Counted from the stretch's first letter, positions 16,880 to 25,786 are shown. The stretch is 32,000 nucleotides of DNA from an archaeon (GCA_024277355.1 JAJRVL010000004.1:480001-512000), one strand, 5' to 3'. The notes: generated by a model from the sequence alone, not told the origin. A program made the numbers and translations.

Positions 16880-17437
16880 TTACTTTAATTCATTTTCAAG
16901 TGATTTAACAAAAGAATCAAATAAAATAGTTTTTTCTTTAGCAAGATTTTTTGCTTTATCAGAAAAAAAAGCTTCTTTTAAAAGAAAAGACTTTGTTTTT
17001 TGTTCTTCAAGAAATTTGTTTAAAGGAATTTTTCTTAAATTAAATAAAACTGAATCTTTAATTATTCCAACTGAACTCACTTCATCTAACATATTTAAGT
17101 CATGCACTAAAACTGCTTCAGTTGTTTTAGGTTTTCCTTTAATATCTGATTCTTCAATGCAATGCAGTACTGCATCAATTTTTTCTTTAGGAAAAAGAGA
17201 AGAAACAAGAAATTTCTTTGCAAAATTAAGAGAAGTTTTAGTTAAATCCTGATTAAATTTCAAATGCATTGAAAAACCTGATAAATGAAGTAAAATTCCT
17301 GCAAAAACAATTTCTTCATCAAAAGAAGTTTCTTTTATTTCTTCAAGTAAATCAAAACATCTGTTAATATGCCCTGGTACAAAAAAGTTTTTTGATTCCT
17401 TTTCAATTAATCTTTTTAATTCAGTTTTATTAAACAT
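16880..17437 (-). CDS. HD-superfamily domain protein with degenerate metal-binding signature
   Basis: The layout matches small HD hydrolases: PGHINRCFDLLEEI (first His), AGILLHLSGF where HD is expected (Asp replaced by Leu), and EAVLVHDLNMLDEVSSVGI (equivalent of DADRLDALGAIGI). Its ATG overlaps the stop of the upstream NFACT-R gene (TAATG). Confidence 0.55.
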   Translation of the reverse strand: MFNKTELKRLIEKESKNFFVPGHINRCFDLLEEIKETSFDEEIVFAGILLHLSGFSMHLKFNQDLTKTSLNFAKKFLVSSLFPKEKIDAVLHCIEESDIKGKPKTTEAVLVHDLNMLDEVSSVGIIKDSVLFNLRKIPLNKFLEEQKTKSFLLKEAFFSDKAKNLAKEKTILFDSFVKSLENELK

Positions 17438-18237
17438 TAAACCACTATTTCTGATTCCCCTGAAGGAAGCATTGAAATTAATTCATCTAAATCAATGATT
17501 GTATTTAATTTTTCTTCAAATAATTTTTTTAGTTTTTTTCCGATTACTCCTTTAGAGTCTTTCCCTTGTCTTATTTTAAATAAAATTTCTGAATGTTTTT
17601 TTACTGACTCAAAAGGACCTGAAATCACAATAAAATTTTCTTTTTCTTTTTTTATGCCGATTGCAAAATTTAAAGGAGTTTTTTTAAACCAGTTTCTTTC
17701 ACCATAAATCATAAAAGAACCGGTTTTCATTGATTCTCCTGAAACTGCTTTTTTACTTACTTGTTCAGGCAGAACAGAATAAACATCAACAGAAGAAATT
17801 CCTGTTTTCCATGCTTTAGAAAAACAAGCAACAAATTCAGCTGTTTCTTTCATTGAAGTTTCAGGAGAAGAATTATTTATTGCTTTTAACAAACAATGAG
17901 GGCTTCCATGAATTTCTGCATGAAAATATAAATCTGTTTTATCCATGTATTTTTTGATTACTTCTTCATTACTTTTAGTGTCTTTTCCTGCAATAGCTAA
18001 TAAATTATCACTGGTATAAAACCAATGGAATTTTTCAAACCATTGTTTTTTTCTTTTTTTAATTAAAACTTCTTTTTTTTCTGTTGTTTGGTTTTCTTTC
18101 ATTTTACTTAATCTTTTTTCTGTTTCTTTCACTGCTTTTTTTAATCCTTCAAGTTTTTTTTTGTTTTTCTTTGATTTTTGGAAATAAATTGAAGCATTTT
18201 CATTTAAATTTTTATGTAAGTCAATTTCAATTTTCAT
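17437..18237 (-). CDS. stand-alone coiled-coil + NFACT-R (DUF814) protein, equivalent to the C-terminal half of Rqc2/NEMF/FbpA-type proteins
   Basis: WFEKFHWFYTSDNLLAIAGKDTKSNEEVIKKYMDKTDLYFHAEIHGSPHCLLK matches the DUF814/NFACT-R signature as I remember it (FxWFxS..G..I.xGk....NE.l.....d.wfHa...GS.hv). It is preceded by a K-rich coiled segment. No NFACT-N domain is encoded here. Confidence 0.65.
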   Translation of the reverse strand: MKIEIDLHKNLNENASIYFQKSKKNKKKLEGLKKAVKETEKRLSKMKENQTTEKKEVLIKKRKKQWFEKFHWFYTSDNLLAIAGKDTKSNEEVIKKYMDKTDLYFHAEIHGSPHCLLKAINNSSPETSMKETAEFVACFSKAWKTGISSVDVYSVLPEQVSKKAVSGESMKTGSFMIYGERNWFKKTPLNFAIGIKKEKENFIVISGPFESVKKHSEILFKIRQGKDSKGVIGKKLKKLFEEKLNTIIDLDELISMLPSGESEIVV

Positions 18238-18777
18238 TTAATCAATTCCTTTTTCTTTTTTCAGAATATTAATAATTGAAGTAGTCCTTGAACCAGATTT
18301 ATAGAAAGGAGCAGTAGCATAAATAATCTGCCTGTCTTTAATTAACTTGTAAATTCCCTTGATTTTTTCATAATAATTTTTTTGTGTTGAATTATGAAAT
18401 GATTCAATATCACGATAAAAATGCCTTAACAATAAATTCCAGTTTCCTGAACCCATTACCGCAGAAACCATGTAAATATTGTCATCTTTTTCAACTGCAT
18501 CAAGATACTGCTTAAAAATTACTTTTTCTGCAAAATCAATGTGAAGCATTTCAATTACTTCTAATTTAAAACCAAATTTATGAAAATCAATTTTAGGACC
18601 AAACCCCTGCAAGACTCCATCCTTTAACAAAAAGTCCACAGAAGACTTAATTGTAGCTTTGTGAAAACCAGAATAACGCTTAATTTGCCGGTTATTAGGC
18701 ACAACAGAACCTTTTTTAAGCAAGGCCTGAATGGTTTTTAATCTAACAACATCATCAGCTTTAATATGAATAGCCAT
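18238..18777 (-). CDS. divergent Lrp/AsnC-like regulator (N-terminal wHTH plus C-terminal alpha/beta effector-like domain)
   Basis: LKTIQALLKKGSVVPNNRQIKRYSGFHKATIKSSVDFLLKDGVLQGF is HTH-like. It is followed by FKLEVIEMLHIDF...IYMVSAVMGSGNWNLLLRHFYRDIESF, which resembles a RAM/AsnC-type fold pattern. Its stop abuts the ATG of the next gene (TAAATG). Confidence 0.5.
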   Translation of the reverse strand: MAIHIKADDVVRLKTIQALLKKGSVVPNNRQIKRYSGFHKATIKSSVDFLLKDGVLQGFGPKIDFHKFGFKLEVIEMLHIDFAEKVIFKQYLDAVEKDDNIYMVSAVMGSGNWNLLLRHFYRDIESFHNSTQKNYYEKIKGIYKLIKDRQIIYATAPFYKSGSRTTSIINILKKEKGID

Positions 18778-18939
18778 AAAATAATCACTATACTATTTAA
18801 ACAACAAAAAAGTATTTAAGTGTATTATATTGTACAGTATCATTTGTATAATCTATATATACTCTTACATCGTGTTAATAATGTTAAAAAGACAAAAATC
18901 CATCGGAGGGATTCAATTCTAGAGAGAAAAAATATAACG

Positions 18940-19007
18940 AAAAAAAAAGAGGTAGGGGAATAGGCTCACCAGGCCAATCTGGTTTCTTAAAAGATTCCCC
19001 CCTCTCT
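18940..19007 (-). terminator. G+C-rich two-tier hairpin followed by a U9 tract on the minus strand; likely topA terminator, or a small structured RNA
   Basis: On the plus strand, AGAGGTAGGGGAAT (18948..18961) pairs with ATTCCCCCCTCTCT (18994..19007): 11 Watson-Crick pairs, one G-T and two mismatches. An apical stem pairs ACCAG (18968..18972) with CTGGT (18979..18983). Read on the minus strand, the stem is followed immediately by T9 (complement of A-run 18940..18948). It lies about 40 nt downstream of the topA stop. Confidence 0.45.
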
Positions 19008-19047
19008 AAAAAATCTATTTTTGTTTTTGATTTAAAAATTAGCTGAA

Positions 19048-21165
19048 TTATTTTGTTTTAGGTTTAGCTTTTGTTTTGGTTTTAGTTGTTGTTTTAGTTT
19101 TTTCTTTTTTAAGTTTTTCTTGTTCTTTTAATTCATTTTTTTTCTGCATTGATTTCTTCCATTCATCTTTTGACGGACAATCAGGATCAATACACATATT
19201 AAATCTGAATCTTTTGCCTTGAACTGAAATCATCGGCATACTGCATATTTTACATAAGTCATCTGTTGGATTAACTTTTCCTTTTTGAGGCAAAGGATAA
19301 GAATTAGTACAGTTAGGATAAGCAGTACATCCTAAAAAATATTTTTTATTTCTGCTTAAAATAATTCTTAATTCACCTTTTTCACATTTAGGGCATTTGC
19401 CTACAATTCTATCTTCACTTAATCCTGCTTTAATTTCATTTCCAATTAATAATTTGTGTTCAAATAAATCTTTCAGAATAACCAGCAATAAATCTCTTGA
19501 ATGTTCTACTACTTCTTCTTTTGATTTCTTTTTAGCAGAAATTAAATTCATTTCTTCTTCTACTTCTGAAGTCATTTCAGGATCAATTACTTTTTTTGAA
19601 TATTTTTCTAATACATCAGTTACAGCAAAAGCAACATTAGTTGGTTCAATTGCTTTTGCTCCAACAATATATTTTCTTGCATAAAGTTTCTGAATAATAT
19701 TATGTCTTGTAGATTTAGTTCCTAAATTTAAGTCTTCCATTAATTTCAGTAAAGCTCCCTGCGAATATCTTGAAGGAGGCTGAGTTTCTTTTTCAATTAA
19801 ATCCATTTTTTTTACGTCAGCTTTGTTTCCTTCTTCAAGTTTTGGCAGTAAAACTTCTTTAATTGAAGAATAATGATAAAATTCTTTCCAGCCTAATTTT
19901 AAAATTCTCTGTCCATTTGAAACAAATAAGTCTTTTTCTAAATCAAATTCAATACTTAAGTTTTCTGTTTCAGCATTCTCGCTTAAAGTAGCATAAAATC
20001 TTCTTACAATTAATTCATAAATTTTAAAACTTCTGTCTCCTAATTTTCCTTTGTCTCCTGCTGTAACAGGGTGAATCGGCGGGTGATCTTTTGTTTCTTT
20101 TCCAAAAGAAGGAATTAATTTGTCAGGAAGTTTTTTAGCTAAAGCAGAAAATTCTTTTACTTTAGCTGTTTCTTCAACTAATTTTTTTAAATCTAAAGTT
20201 GCAGGATATTTTGTGTTGTCTGTTCTTGGATAAGAAATATATCCCTGCTGATATAAGGTTTCAGATATACTCATTGCCTGCCCTGCACTAAAACCAATTG
20301 AAGTTGCAGCCCTGAGAAATGAAGTAGTGTTAAAAGGAATAGGCTTTGAAATACTTCTGTGTTTTTTTTGTACTCTTAAAACAACTGCTTTTTTTGCTTT
20401 TTTATTTAAAATTTTTTCTGCTGTTTTTTTATCTTTAAATTTTCCTTGTTTTGGAGCTGCTTCAAACTGAATTTTATCTTTTTCTAATATTGCTTTTATT
20501 TCCCAGAATTTTTCTGACTTAAAGGCTTTTCTTTCTTTTTCTCGTTTTACAATTAAATATAACACAGGACTTTGAACTCTTCCTACACTTAAAAAACTTT
20601 TTCCCATTTTATTTGATACAATTGAAATAAATCTTGTTAAAACCGCCCCCCAAATTAAATCTATTTCTCTTCTTGCATTAGCTGAATCAGCAAAAGCATA
20701 ATCTATTTCACTTAAATCAGAAAAAGAAGAATTAATGTCTTTTGGAGTCATAGCAGAAAATAATGCTCTTTTAATTTTAATTTTTGGATTGCCTTTTTTA
20801 ATGTAATCCAATGCTTCTACTCCAATGCTTTCTCCTTCTCTGTCAGCATCAGTTGCAATGATTACTTCAGAGAAATCTTTTGCTTTTTTTTCAAGCAAAT
20901 CAGTTATTGCTTTTTCTGAAGAAACATATTCAACTTCAACTTTAGCCAGTTTTCTTAAATCAGTGCCCATCCAGTAATTATATTTTTTTGGGAAATCAAT
21001 GTCTTCAATATGACCTCTTAAAGGAATAACAAAAGTTTTTTCTCCATTAAAATCAAATTCAAATAATTGAGCTTTATTTTCAATTAAAGACTTTGCTTTT
21101 CCTTTACCTAAAATTTCTGAAATTCTTTTTCCTGCAATGGATTTTTCTGACACAATAAGTTTCAA
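19048..21165 (-). CDS. topA: type IA DNA topoisomerase (TopA/Topo III-like) with two C-terminal zinc ribbons and a K/T-rich tail
   Basis: TOPRIM elements KLIVSEKSIAGK and ATDADREGE; active-site region QGYISYPRTDNTKY; zinc ribbons CPKCEKGE...CTAYPNC and CKICSMP...CIDPDCPS; tail KTKTTTKTKTKAKPKTK. The start is TTG at 21163..21165, directly after an in-frame TAA. The first ATG is 65 codons in and would delete the TOPRIM Glu. Confidence 0.9.
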   Translation of the reverse strand: MKLIVSEKSIAGKRISEILGKGKAKSLIENKAQLFEFDFNGEKTFVIPLRGHIEDIDFPKKYNYWMGTDLRKLAKVEVEYVSSEKAITDLLEKKAKDFSEVIIATDADREGESIGVEALDYIKKGNPKIKIKRALFSAMTPKDINSSFSDLSEIDYAFADSANARREIDLIWGAVLTRFISIVSNKMGKSFLSVGRVQSPVLYLIVKREKERKAFKSEKFWEIKAILEKDKIQFEAAPKQGKFKDKKTAEKILNKKAKKAVVLRVQKKHRSISKPIPFNTTSFLRAATSIGFSAGQAMSISETLYQQGYISYPRTDNTKYPATLDLKKLVEETAKVKEFSALAKKLPDKLIPSFGKETKDHPPIHPVTAGDKGKLGDRSFKIYELIVRRFYATLSENAETENLSIEFDLEKDLFVSNGQRILKLGWKEFYHYSSIKEVLLPKLEEGNKADVKKMDLIEKETQPPSRYSQGALLKLMEDLNLGTKSTRHNIIQKLYARKYIVGAKAIEPTNVAFAVTDVLEKYSKKVIDPEMTSEVEEEMNLISAKKKSKEEVVEHSRDLLLVILKDLFEHKLLIGNEIKAGLSEDRIVGKCPKCEKGELRIILSRNKKYFLGCTAYPNCTNSYPLPQKGKVNPTDDLCKICSMPMISVQGKRFRFNMCIDPDCPSKDEWKKSMQKKNELKEQEKLKKEKTKTTTKTKTKAKPKTK

Positions 21166-21210
21166 TTAAACCACTCTGTTAATTGTTAAACAAAAAAGAA
21201 TTTAAAGAGA

Positions 21211-21690
21211 TTAAAGTTTTTTCTGGAGAGATTGAGTCGGAAGAGCACTTGTTTTTTTTAATTCGCTTAAAACTAATTGAGTTTTAATATCTGAAATTCC
21301 ATCAATTAAACCTAAATCATTAATAAATCTTTCAGCTTCCTCTAAACTTGGAACAATTATTTTTGCAATTAAATTATATTCACCTAAAACCTGATGCAAT
21401 TCAATAATATAATCAAATGAAATTAATTTTTTCACTAAATCTTTGTGTTTTCCCATGTCAGTTCTCATTTGAACAAAAATTGGGTTTTCATAACCTAAAA
21501 CTTTATAATTTAAATTTGCTTCAATAGAAGAAATAACTCCTTTTTTGATTAAAGATTCAACTCTTTTTTTTATTGCAACATCAGTTAATTTTGCTTCTTT
21601 TGCAATTGAACTAAACGAAGATCTTCCATCATCCAGCAATTTCTGAATTATCTTTAAATCAATTCTATCAAGGCTGACTGCATTAGACAT
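21211..21690 (-). CDS. Lrp/AsnC family transcription regulator
   Basis: LDRIDLKIIQKLLDDGRSSFSSIAKEAKLTDVAIKKRVESLIKKGVI (HTH_AsnC type), followed by a RAM-like domain (VLGYENPIFVQMR...HQVLGEYNLIAKIIVPSLEEAERFI). Confidence 0.85.
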   Translation of the reverse strand: MSNAVSLDRIDLKIIQKLLDDGRSSFSSIAKEAKLTDVAIKKRVESLIKKGVISSIEANLNYKVLGYENPIFVQMRTDMGKHKDLVKKLISFDYIIELHQVLGEYNLIAKIIVPSLEEAERFINDLGLIDGISDIKTQLVLSELKKTSALPTQSLQKKL

Positions 21691-21791
21691 AATTAATAAA
21701 ACTAAACAAAAAAGTATAAAAGGTTAAGTTATCTAACAAGAATTCTTTTGAATGGGTCGTTCTTTAAAACATTTTTTAGTAAAATTTAGTT

Positions 21792-23345
21792 ATGGATTCA
21801 GTAATCAAACCTTTAGTGCAAAAAATTGCGTTTGAATGCGAAGAAGCAGGAGCAACCAAATGGAATTTAATTAAAATAATAAAAGAATTAAATTCAATGG
21901 AAACTCAAAGCGAAACAAAACTAAAAGAAAAAGCAATTGAACTGTTAAAAGAATTAAACCCTAAAGCAGCTGAAACTTATTCTTCTTTTGAAAAAATGAT
22001 TGTATTTACTTCTAAACAAAAAACTGAACCCTTTGACAGAGGAAACATAACTAAATCATTATTAAAAGAAACAAAAATTAAAAGAGGGTTAGCTGAAAAA
22101 ATTTCATCTGAAGTAGAAGAAAAAATAAAAGACTTAAAAATAGGAGAAATTACAACTTCACTGATAAGAGAAATGGTTTGTGTTGAACTTCTTGAATTAG
22201 GAATGGAAGACATCCATAATGAATATACAAGAGTAGGCATGCCTATATTTGAAGTTAAAAAAACAAAAAACTATGAAAAAGAAGTTTTAACTGAATTCAA
22301 TTTAATTTCAAAGATTCCAAAAAAAGCAAAAGAACTGCATTTTAAGTCAACAATTTATATTCCTTTTATTGAAGATTTTTCTTCAAAAGCTTTTTCATGG
22401 AATATTGCATTAAAAGAAAAAAATGATTCAGCAGAAAATATTATTCTTGAAATCTTAAAAGAAGTACAGGAAAAAAGCAGTTTTTTTTCTTCTTCAGTGT
22501 GCATTAATTACATTAATTTTTGTTTAAGCAGACCATTAGAAAAAAAAAGCAAACAAAAAATAAAAGAATTAATTGACTTTTTCTTTAAGGCAAGTTCATT
22601 AATCAAAAAAAGATTTTGTGTTACAATTTCATTGTTTTCTCCCGAAGAATCAAACTACAAGGCAAACAAAAAAAACATCTGGTTTTTTTCAAACGAATTC
22701 ATAAAGAAATTCAATGAACAAAAAAAAGAATTAAATTTTGATTTAATTATATGTCTTGAAAACAAATTCCAGTTAAAATTAGTTGACAAAAACGTTTTTG
22801 AAAATGAAATTCATTTCTTAAATCTTAAAAATAATAATTTAAAGGCACAAGAAAAAGGATTATACATAAAAAGTACTGGGATTTTTTCTTTAAGCGAAAT
22901 AAACATTGAAAAATTATTTATTGAATCAAGAAGCAATGTAAAAAAATTAATGGAATTAATTGAAGAAACAGTTTTTTCAGTAAATGAATTAAATGAAATC
23001 AAAGAAAAAGAACTAAAAGAAAAAGATATTTCAAAATTAAAAAAATGTATTTTATTATACGGAGTAGATTCAGGTGCATTAATTTTCACTGACAACAAAG
23101 CAGAAGCAAAAAGCATTGCAAGAAGAGTAAGAGAAAAAGTAAGAAAAAATTCATGGAATTCAGTTGTATTAAGAAGCTTTAATTCCATTAAAGCAAAAAA
23201 AAGATTTGACGAAGAAAATTCAAAATATAATATTAAAACAGAAGAAAAAGAATTAAGAACAACAAGTTTTGCAATAGCAAAAACAAAAAAAGAATTAGAA
23301 GAATTAATTGAAAAAAATTACGAATACATTGAACTTAAACCTTAA
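21792..23345 (+). CDS. ATP-cone domain protein (one degenerate plus one complete cone) with ~370-aa uncharacterised C-terminal region
   Basis: VFTSKQKTEPFDRGNITKSLLKETKIKRGLAEKISSEVEEKIKDLKIGEITTSLIREMVCVELLELGMEDIHNEYTRV fits the ATP-cone pattern (K.dG..e.Fd..KI..sl...........i...v...l.......i....I.d.V...L.......Y). The preceding ~70 aa look like a partial second cone. The remainder shows no Gly-radical (RVCGY) or other motif I recognise. Confidence 0.5.
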   Translation: MDSVIKPLVQKIAFECEEAGATKWNLIKIIKELNSMETQSETKLKEKAIELLKELNPKAAETYSSFEKMIVFTSKQKTEPFDRGNITKSLLKETKIKRGLAEKISSEVEEKIKDLKIGEITTSLIREMVCVELLELGMEDIHNEYTRVGMPIFEVKKTKNYEKEVLTEFNLISKIPKKAKELHFKSTIYIPFIEDFSSKAFSWNIALKEKNDSAENIILEILKEVQEKSSFFSSSVCINYINFCLSRPLEKKSKQKIKELIDFFFKASSLIKKRFCVTISLFSPEESNYKANKKNIWFFSNEFIKKFNEQKKELNFDLIICLENKFQLKLVDKNVFENEIHFLNLKNNNLKAQEKGLYIKSTGIFSLSEINIEKLFIESRSNVKKLMELIEETVFSVNELNEIKEKELKEKDISKLKKCILLYGVDSGALIFTDNKAEAKSIARRVREKVRKNSWNSVVLRSFNSIKAKKRFDEENSKYNIKTEEKELRTTSFAIAKTKKELEELIEKNYEYIELKP

Positions 23346-24076
23346 TCTTTATCAAACAAAGCTAAACCAAATTTTTTCATATATAACCTTGTTTTAACTA
23401 TTTCAATAAAAGGCACAACAAAAAATAAAACAATAAACAAAGAAACATAATTTCCAATTAAAAAAACAAAATCAAAAATAAATTCAATTAAAGGAATAAT
23501 TAACAAAAACAATACTCCCATGAAAATCACTTTAACAACAGTCAAAGGATTTTTAATTAAAAACTCAAAACTATTTTCAATACTATGCACTATTTTATTT
23601 TCATCAACTACAATGCTTTGAGGAACAAACAAAAGAACAACAGAAACAATAAATAAAATTAAATTAATTAAAAGCAAAGGAGCATTAAAAAAAACCATTA
23701 AAGAATAAAATAAATAAAAAACAACAAAATACAAAACAAAAAATAAAGATAAAGTAAAACCAAACTTATGTAATTTTTCAGTTAAGTAATAATTCATTCT
23801 TACTTTGTTTAATTTAGTTCTAATATTAAAAATAAGAAAAGAAACAAACAAAGAATAAAAAACCAAAAAAACCATTATTGCAATTAATTCAATTAATAAA
23901 ACAACTGAATCAACTAAAAATAATTCATATTCAATAAAAATGCTTCCTGAACCTAAAAAAATATTTTCAAATAAAGCAAAAAAAGAAAAAATTAAAAGTA
24001 CTCCAAACAATAAATTCATTCTGAAATTTTCCAGATAATCCCTTAAAGCAAGCTGTAAAACCACTAAAAACCCCAT
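23342..24076 (-). CDS. polytopic integral membrane protein, function unknown
   Basis: Almost entirely hydrophobic helices (about 6 to 8). Its stop shares the tetranucleotide TTAA (23342..23345) with the convergent ATP-cone gene. Confidence 0.5.
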   Translation of the reverse strand: MGFLVVLQLALRDYLENFRMNLLFGVLLIFSFFALFENIFLGSGSIFIEYELFLVDSVVLLIELIAIMVFLVFYSLFVSFLIFNIRTKLNKVRMNYYLTEKLHKFGFTLSLFFVLYFVVFYLFYSLMVFFNAPLLLINLILFIVSVVLLFVPQSIVVDENKIVHSIENSFEFLIKNPLTVVKVIFMGVLFLLIIPLIEFIFDFVFLIGNYVSLFIVLFFVVPFIEIVKTRLYMKKFGLALFDKD

Positions 24077-24157
24077 TAAATCCTGATAAAAACAGTTTAA
24101 ATGTTTATTCCTAAAAAAAGGGAAAAAATAAATAAGGGAAAGACTAAATAATATTAA

Positions 24158-25786
24158 ATGAATAAAAAAATTTTAGTTTTCTTTACATTACTTTTGTTTT
24201 TCAATTTAGTAAATGCAGTATTAATTATTCCTCCAAGTCTTTCAATAACATGGAGTCAGCCTTCAAGTTCTACAACAATAATAGGAAAATATGGACCAAA
24301 CCTTTTAGTAATCCCAAAAATTTATTGTAATGACGGGCCATGCAACGACATGCAAGGAATACTAGAATATTGCCTTGGAGATTCATGCACTAATTATCAA
24401 ACAATGTGTTATGGAAGCGCATCAACCTGCAGCACTGAACCAGTATATGTTACAATATCTTCAAACACATATAAACAAAATCCATGCACTCCAAAAGATA
24501 GTTTAAGCGGATATTATTATTGCTGGTGGGATCTAAGCGCAAATTATCCTTCTTATTATGGACAAACAATCGAATTAAGAGTTAAAGCAACTGCTTCAAA
24601 TGTAACAAATGATGCATATCTTACAGGAAGAGAATATTATGTTGATTCACCAACCACAGTTACATTAAACCAGCCTTCAAGTAATGTCTCAAAAGAAAAA
24701 GGAGAAACATTAACAATTAACTGGACTACAAAAAACGACCCAGAAGGAGACAACCAACGTTCAAGAATCTATTACAACCCTTCAGCATACTGCACTCCAA
24801 TAGTAAACCCAATAACATACGGGACAGTAGAAATTTATGACTCTGCAGGTTTTCAGTCTGAAGGAACATATTCTTATGACTGGACTATCCCTAATGACAT
24901 AACTGCAGGAGAATACTGCGTTTTTGTTCAAGCAAACTACGTAGCAGACGCAGTTTCAACCGTACAAAGAATAACAATAACTGATCCTCCGTCTATTTCA
25001 ATTAGTTCCCCTCAAAACAATAATGTTTTTGTTATTGGTTCAGAAATAAATTTTACTGCAAATGTTTTTGATGCAGGTTTAAATTATACTGTTGAATGGG
25101 ATTCAAATAAAGATTTAGACTGGAAATCCACAAACGAAAATTTTAGTTATTCAGGTTTAAGCATCGGCGACCACAAGATTACTTTAACAGGATTTTTTGA
25201 TAAAAGCGGAAACATTACCACTAAAACAGACTCAGTTCAAATAAGCGTTGTACCTATTTCAACTGATGTTCTTGGAATAAGATATTTTGAAATATATGAA
25301 CCAGCAGACAAAATACTTCAAACTACTTCAATCAGAATACTTGCTAAAACCAAAATAGATAATTTTACTGCAACAGACAAAAATGTGGATTTAAATGTTA
25401 CTTTAATTAATGCAGAAACAGGACAAAGAGCAGTTGACAGAATAACAGGAATTCCTTATGAACCATTTAATGAAAAAGCATTAGTTCCTGCATACAGTTA
25501 CGTACAAATTAGCAATTATATTGGTTTAATAAAATTAAATGAAGGAAACTATAAATTAGTCGTAGATATAAGCGAATACCAGCCGGAACAAAACACTGCA
25601 AACAATCATTTAACTGAAATAGTTACAGTAACAAAAGCCGTTGAAGAAATTAAGTTAAGCGAAATAGAAGTAATAATTCTTCCAGTAATAATCCTCTTAA
25701 TTTTATTGATTATAAATAAAGAAAAAATAACTGAATTAATCAAAAAAAAAGATTTAACTGCAAAAAAGAAAAATAATAATAAATAA
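24158..25786 (+). CDS. secreted Cys-rich, multi-beta-domain surface protein with CARDB-like module and C-terminal membrane anchor
   Basis: Signal peptide MNKKILVFFTLLLFFNLVNA. The N-terminal ~110 aa contain more than 10 Cys. There are repeated sandwich-like modules (TLNQPSSNVSKEKGETLTINWTT; ISISSPQNNNVFVIGSEINFTANV) and a CARDB-like ending (ISEYQPEQNTANNHLTEIVTV). The C-terminal TM (VIILPVIILLILLII) is followed by a K-rich tail. Confidence 0.6.
   Translation: MNKKILVFFTLLLFFNLVNAVLIIPPSLSITWSQPSSSTTIIGKYGPNLLVIPKIYCNDGPCNDMQGILEYCLGDSCTNYQTMCYGSASTCSTEPVYVTISSNTYKQNPCTPKDSLSGYYYCWWDLSANYPSYYGQTIELRVKATASNVTNDAYLTGREYYVDSPTTVTLNQPSSNVSKEKGETLTINWTTKNDPEGDNQRSRIYYNPSAYCTPIVNPITYGTVEIYDSAGFQSEGTYSYDWTIPNDITAGEYCVFVQANYVADAVSTVQRITITDPPSISISSPQNNNVFVIGSEINFTANVFDAGLNYTVEWDSNKDLDWKSTNENFSYSGLSIGDHKITLTGFFDKSGNITTKTDSVQISVVPISTDVLGIRYFEIYEPADKILQTTSIRILAKTKIDNFTATDKNVDLNVTLINAETGQRAVDRITGIPYEPFNEKALVPAYSYVQISNYIGLIKLNEGNYKLVVDISEYQPEQNTANNHLTEIVTVTKAVEEIKLSEIEVIILPVIILLILLIINKEKITELIKKKDLTAKKKNNNK

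Noticed and set aside
18780-19047. A tRNA, split-tRNA half or C/D-box sRNA in the long intergenic gap.
   Set aside because: No T-arm (GTTCRANYC flanked by a 5-bp stem), no acceptor/anticodon cloverleaf, and no RUGAUGA/CUGA box pair could be found on either strand. The G+C-rich element is only ~60 nt and is better explained as a hairpin terminator or unknown structured RNA (reported as a finding).
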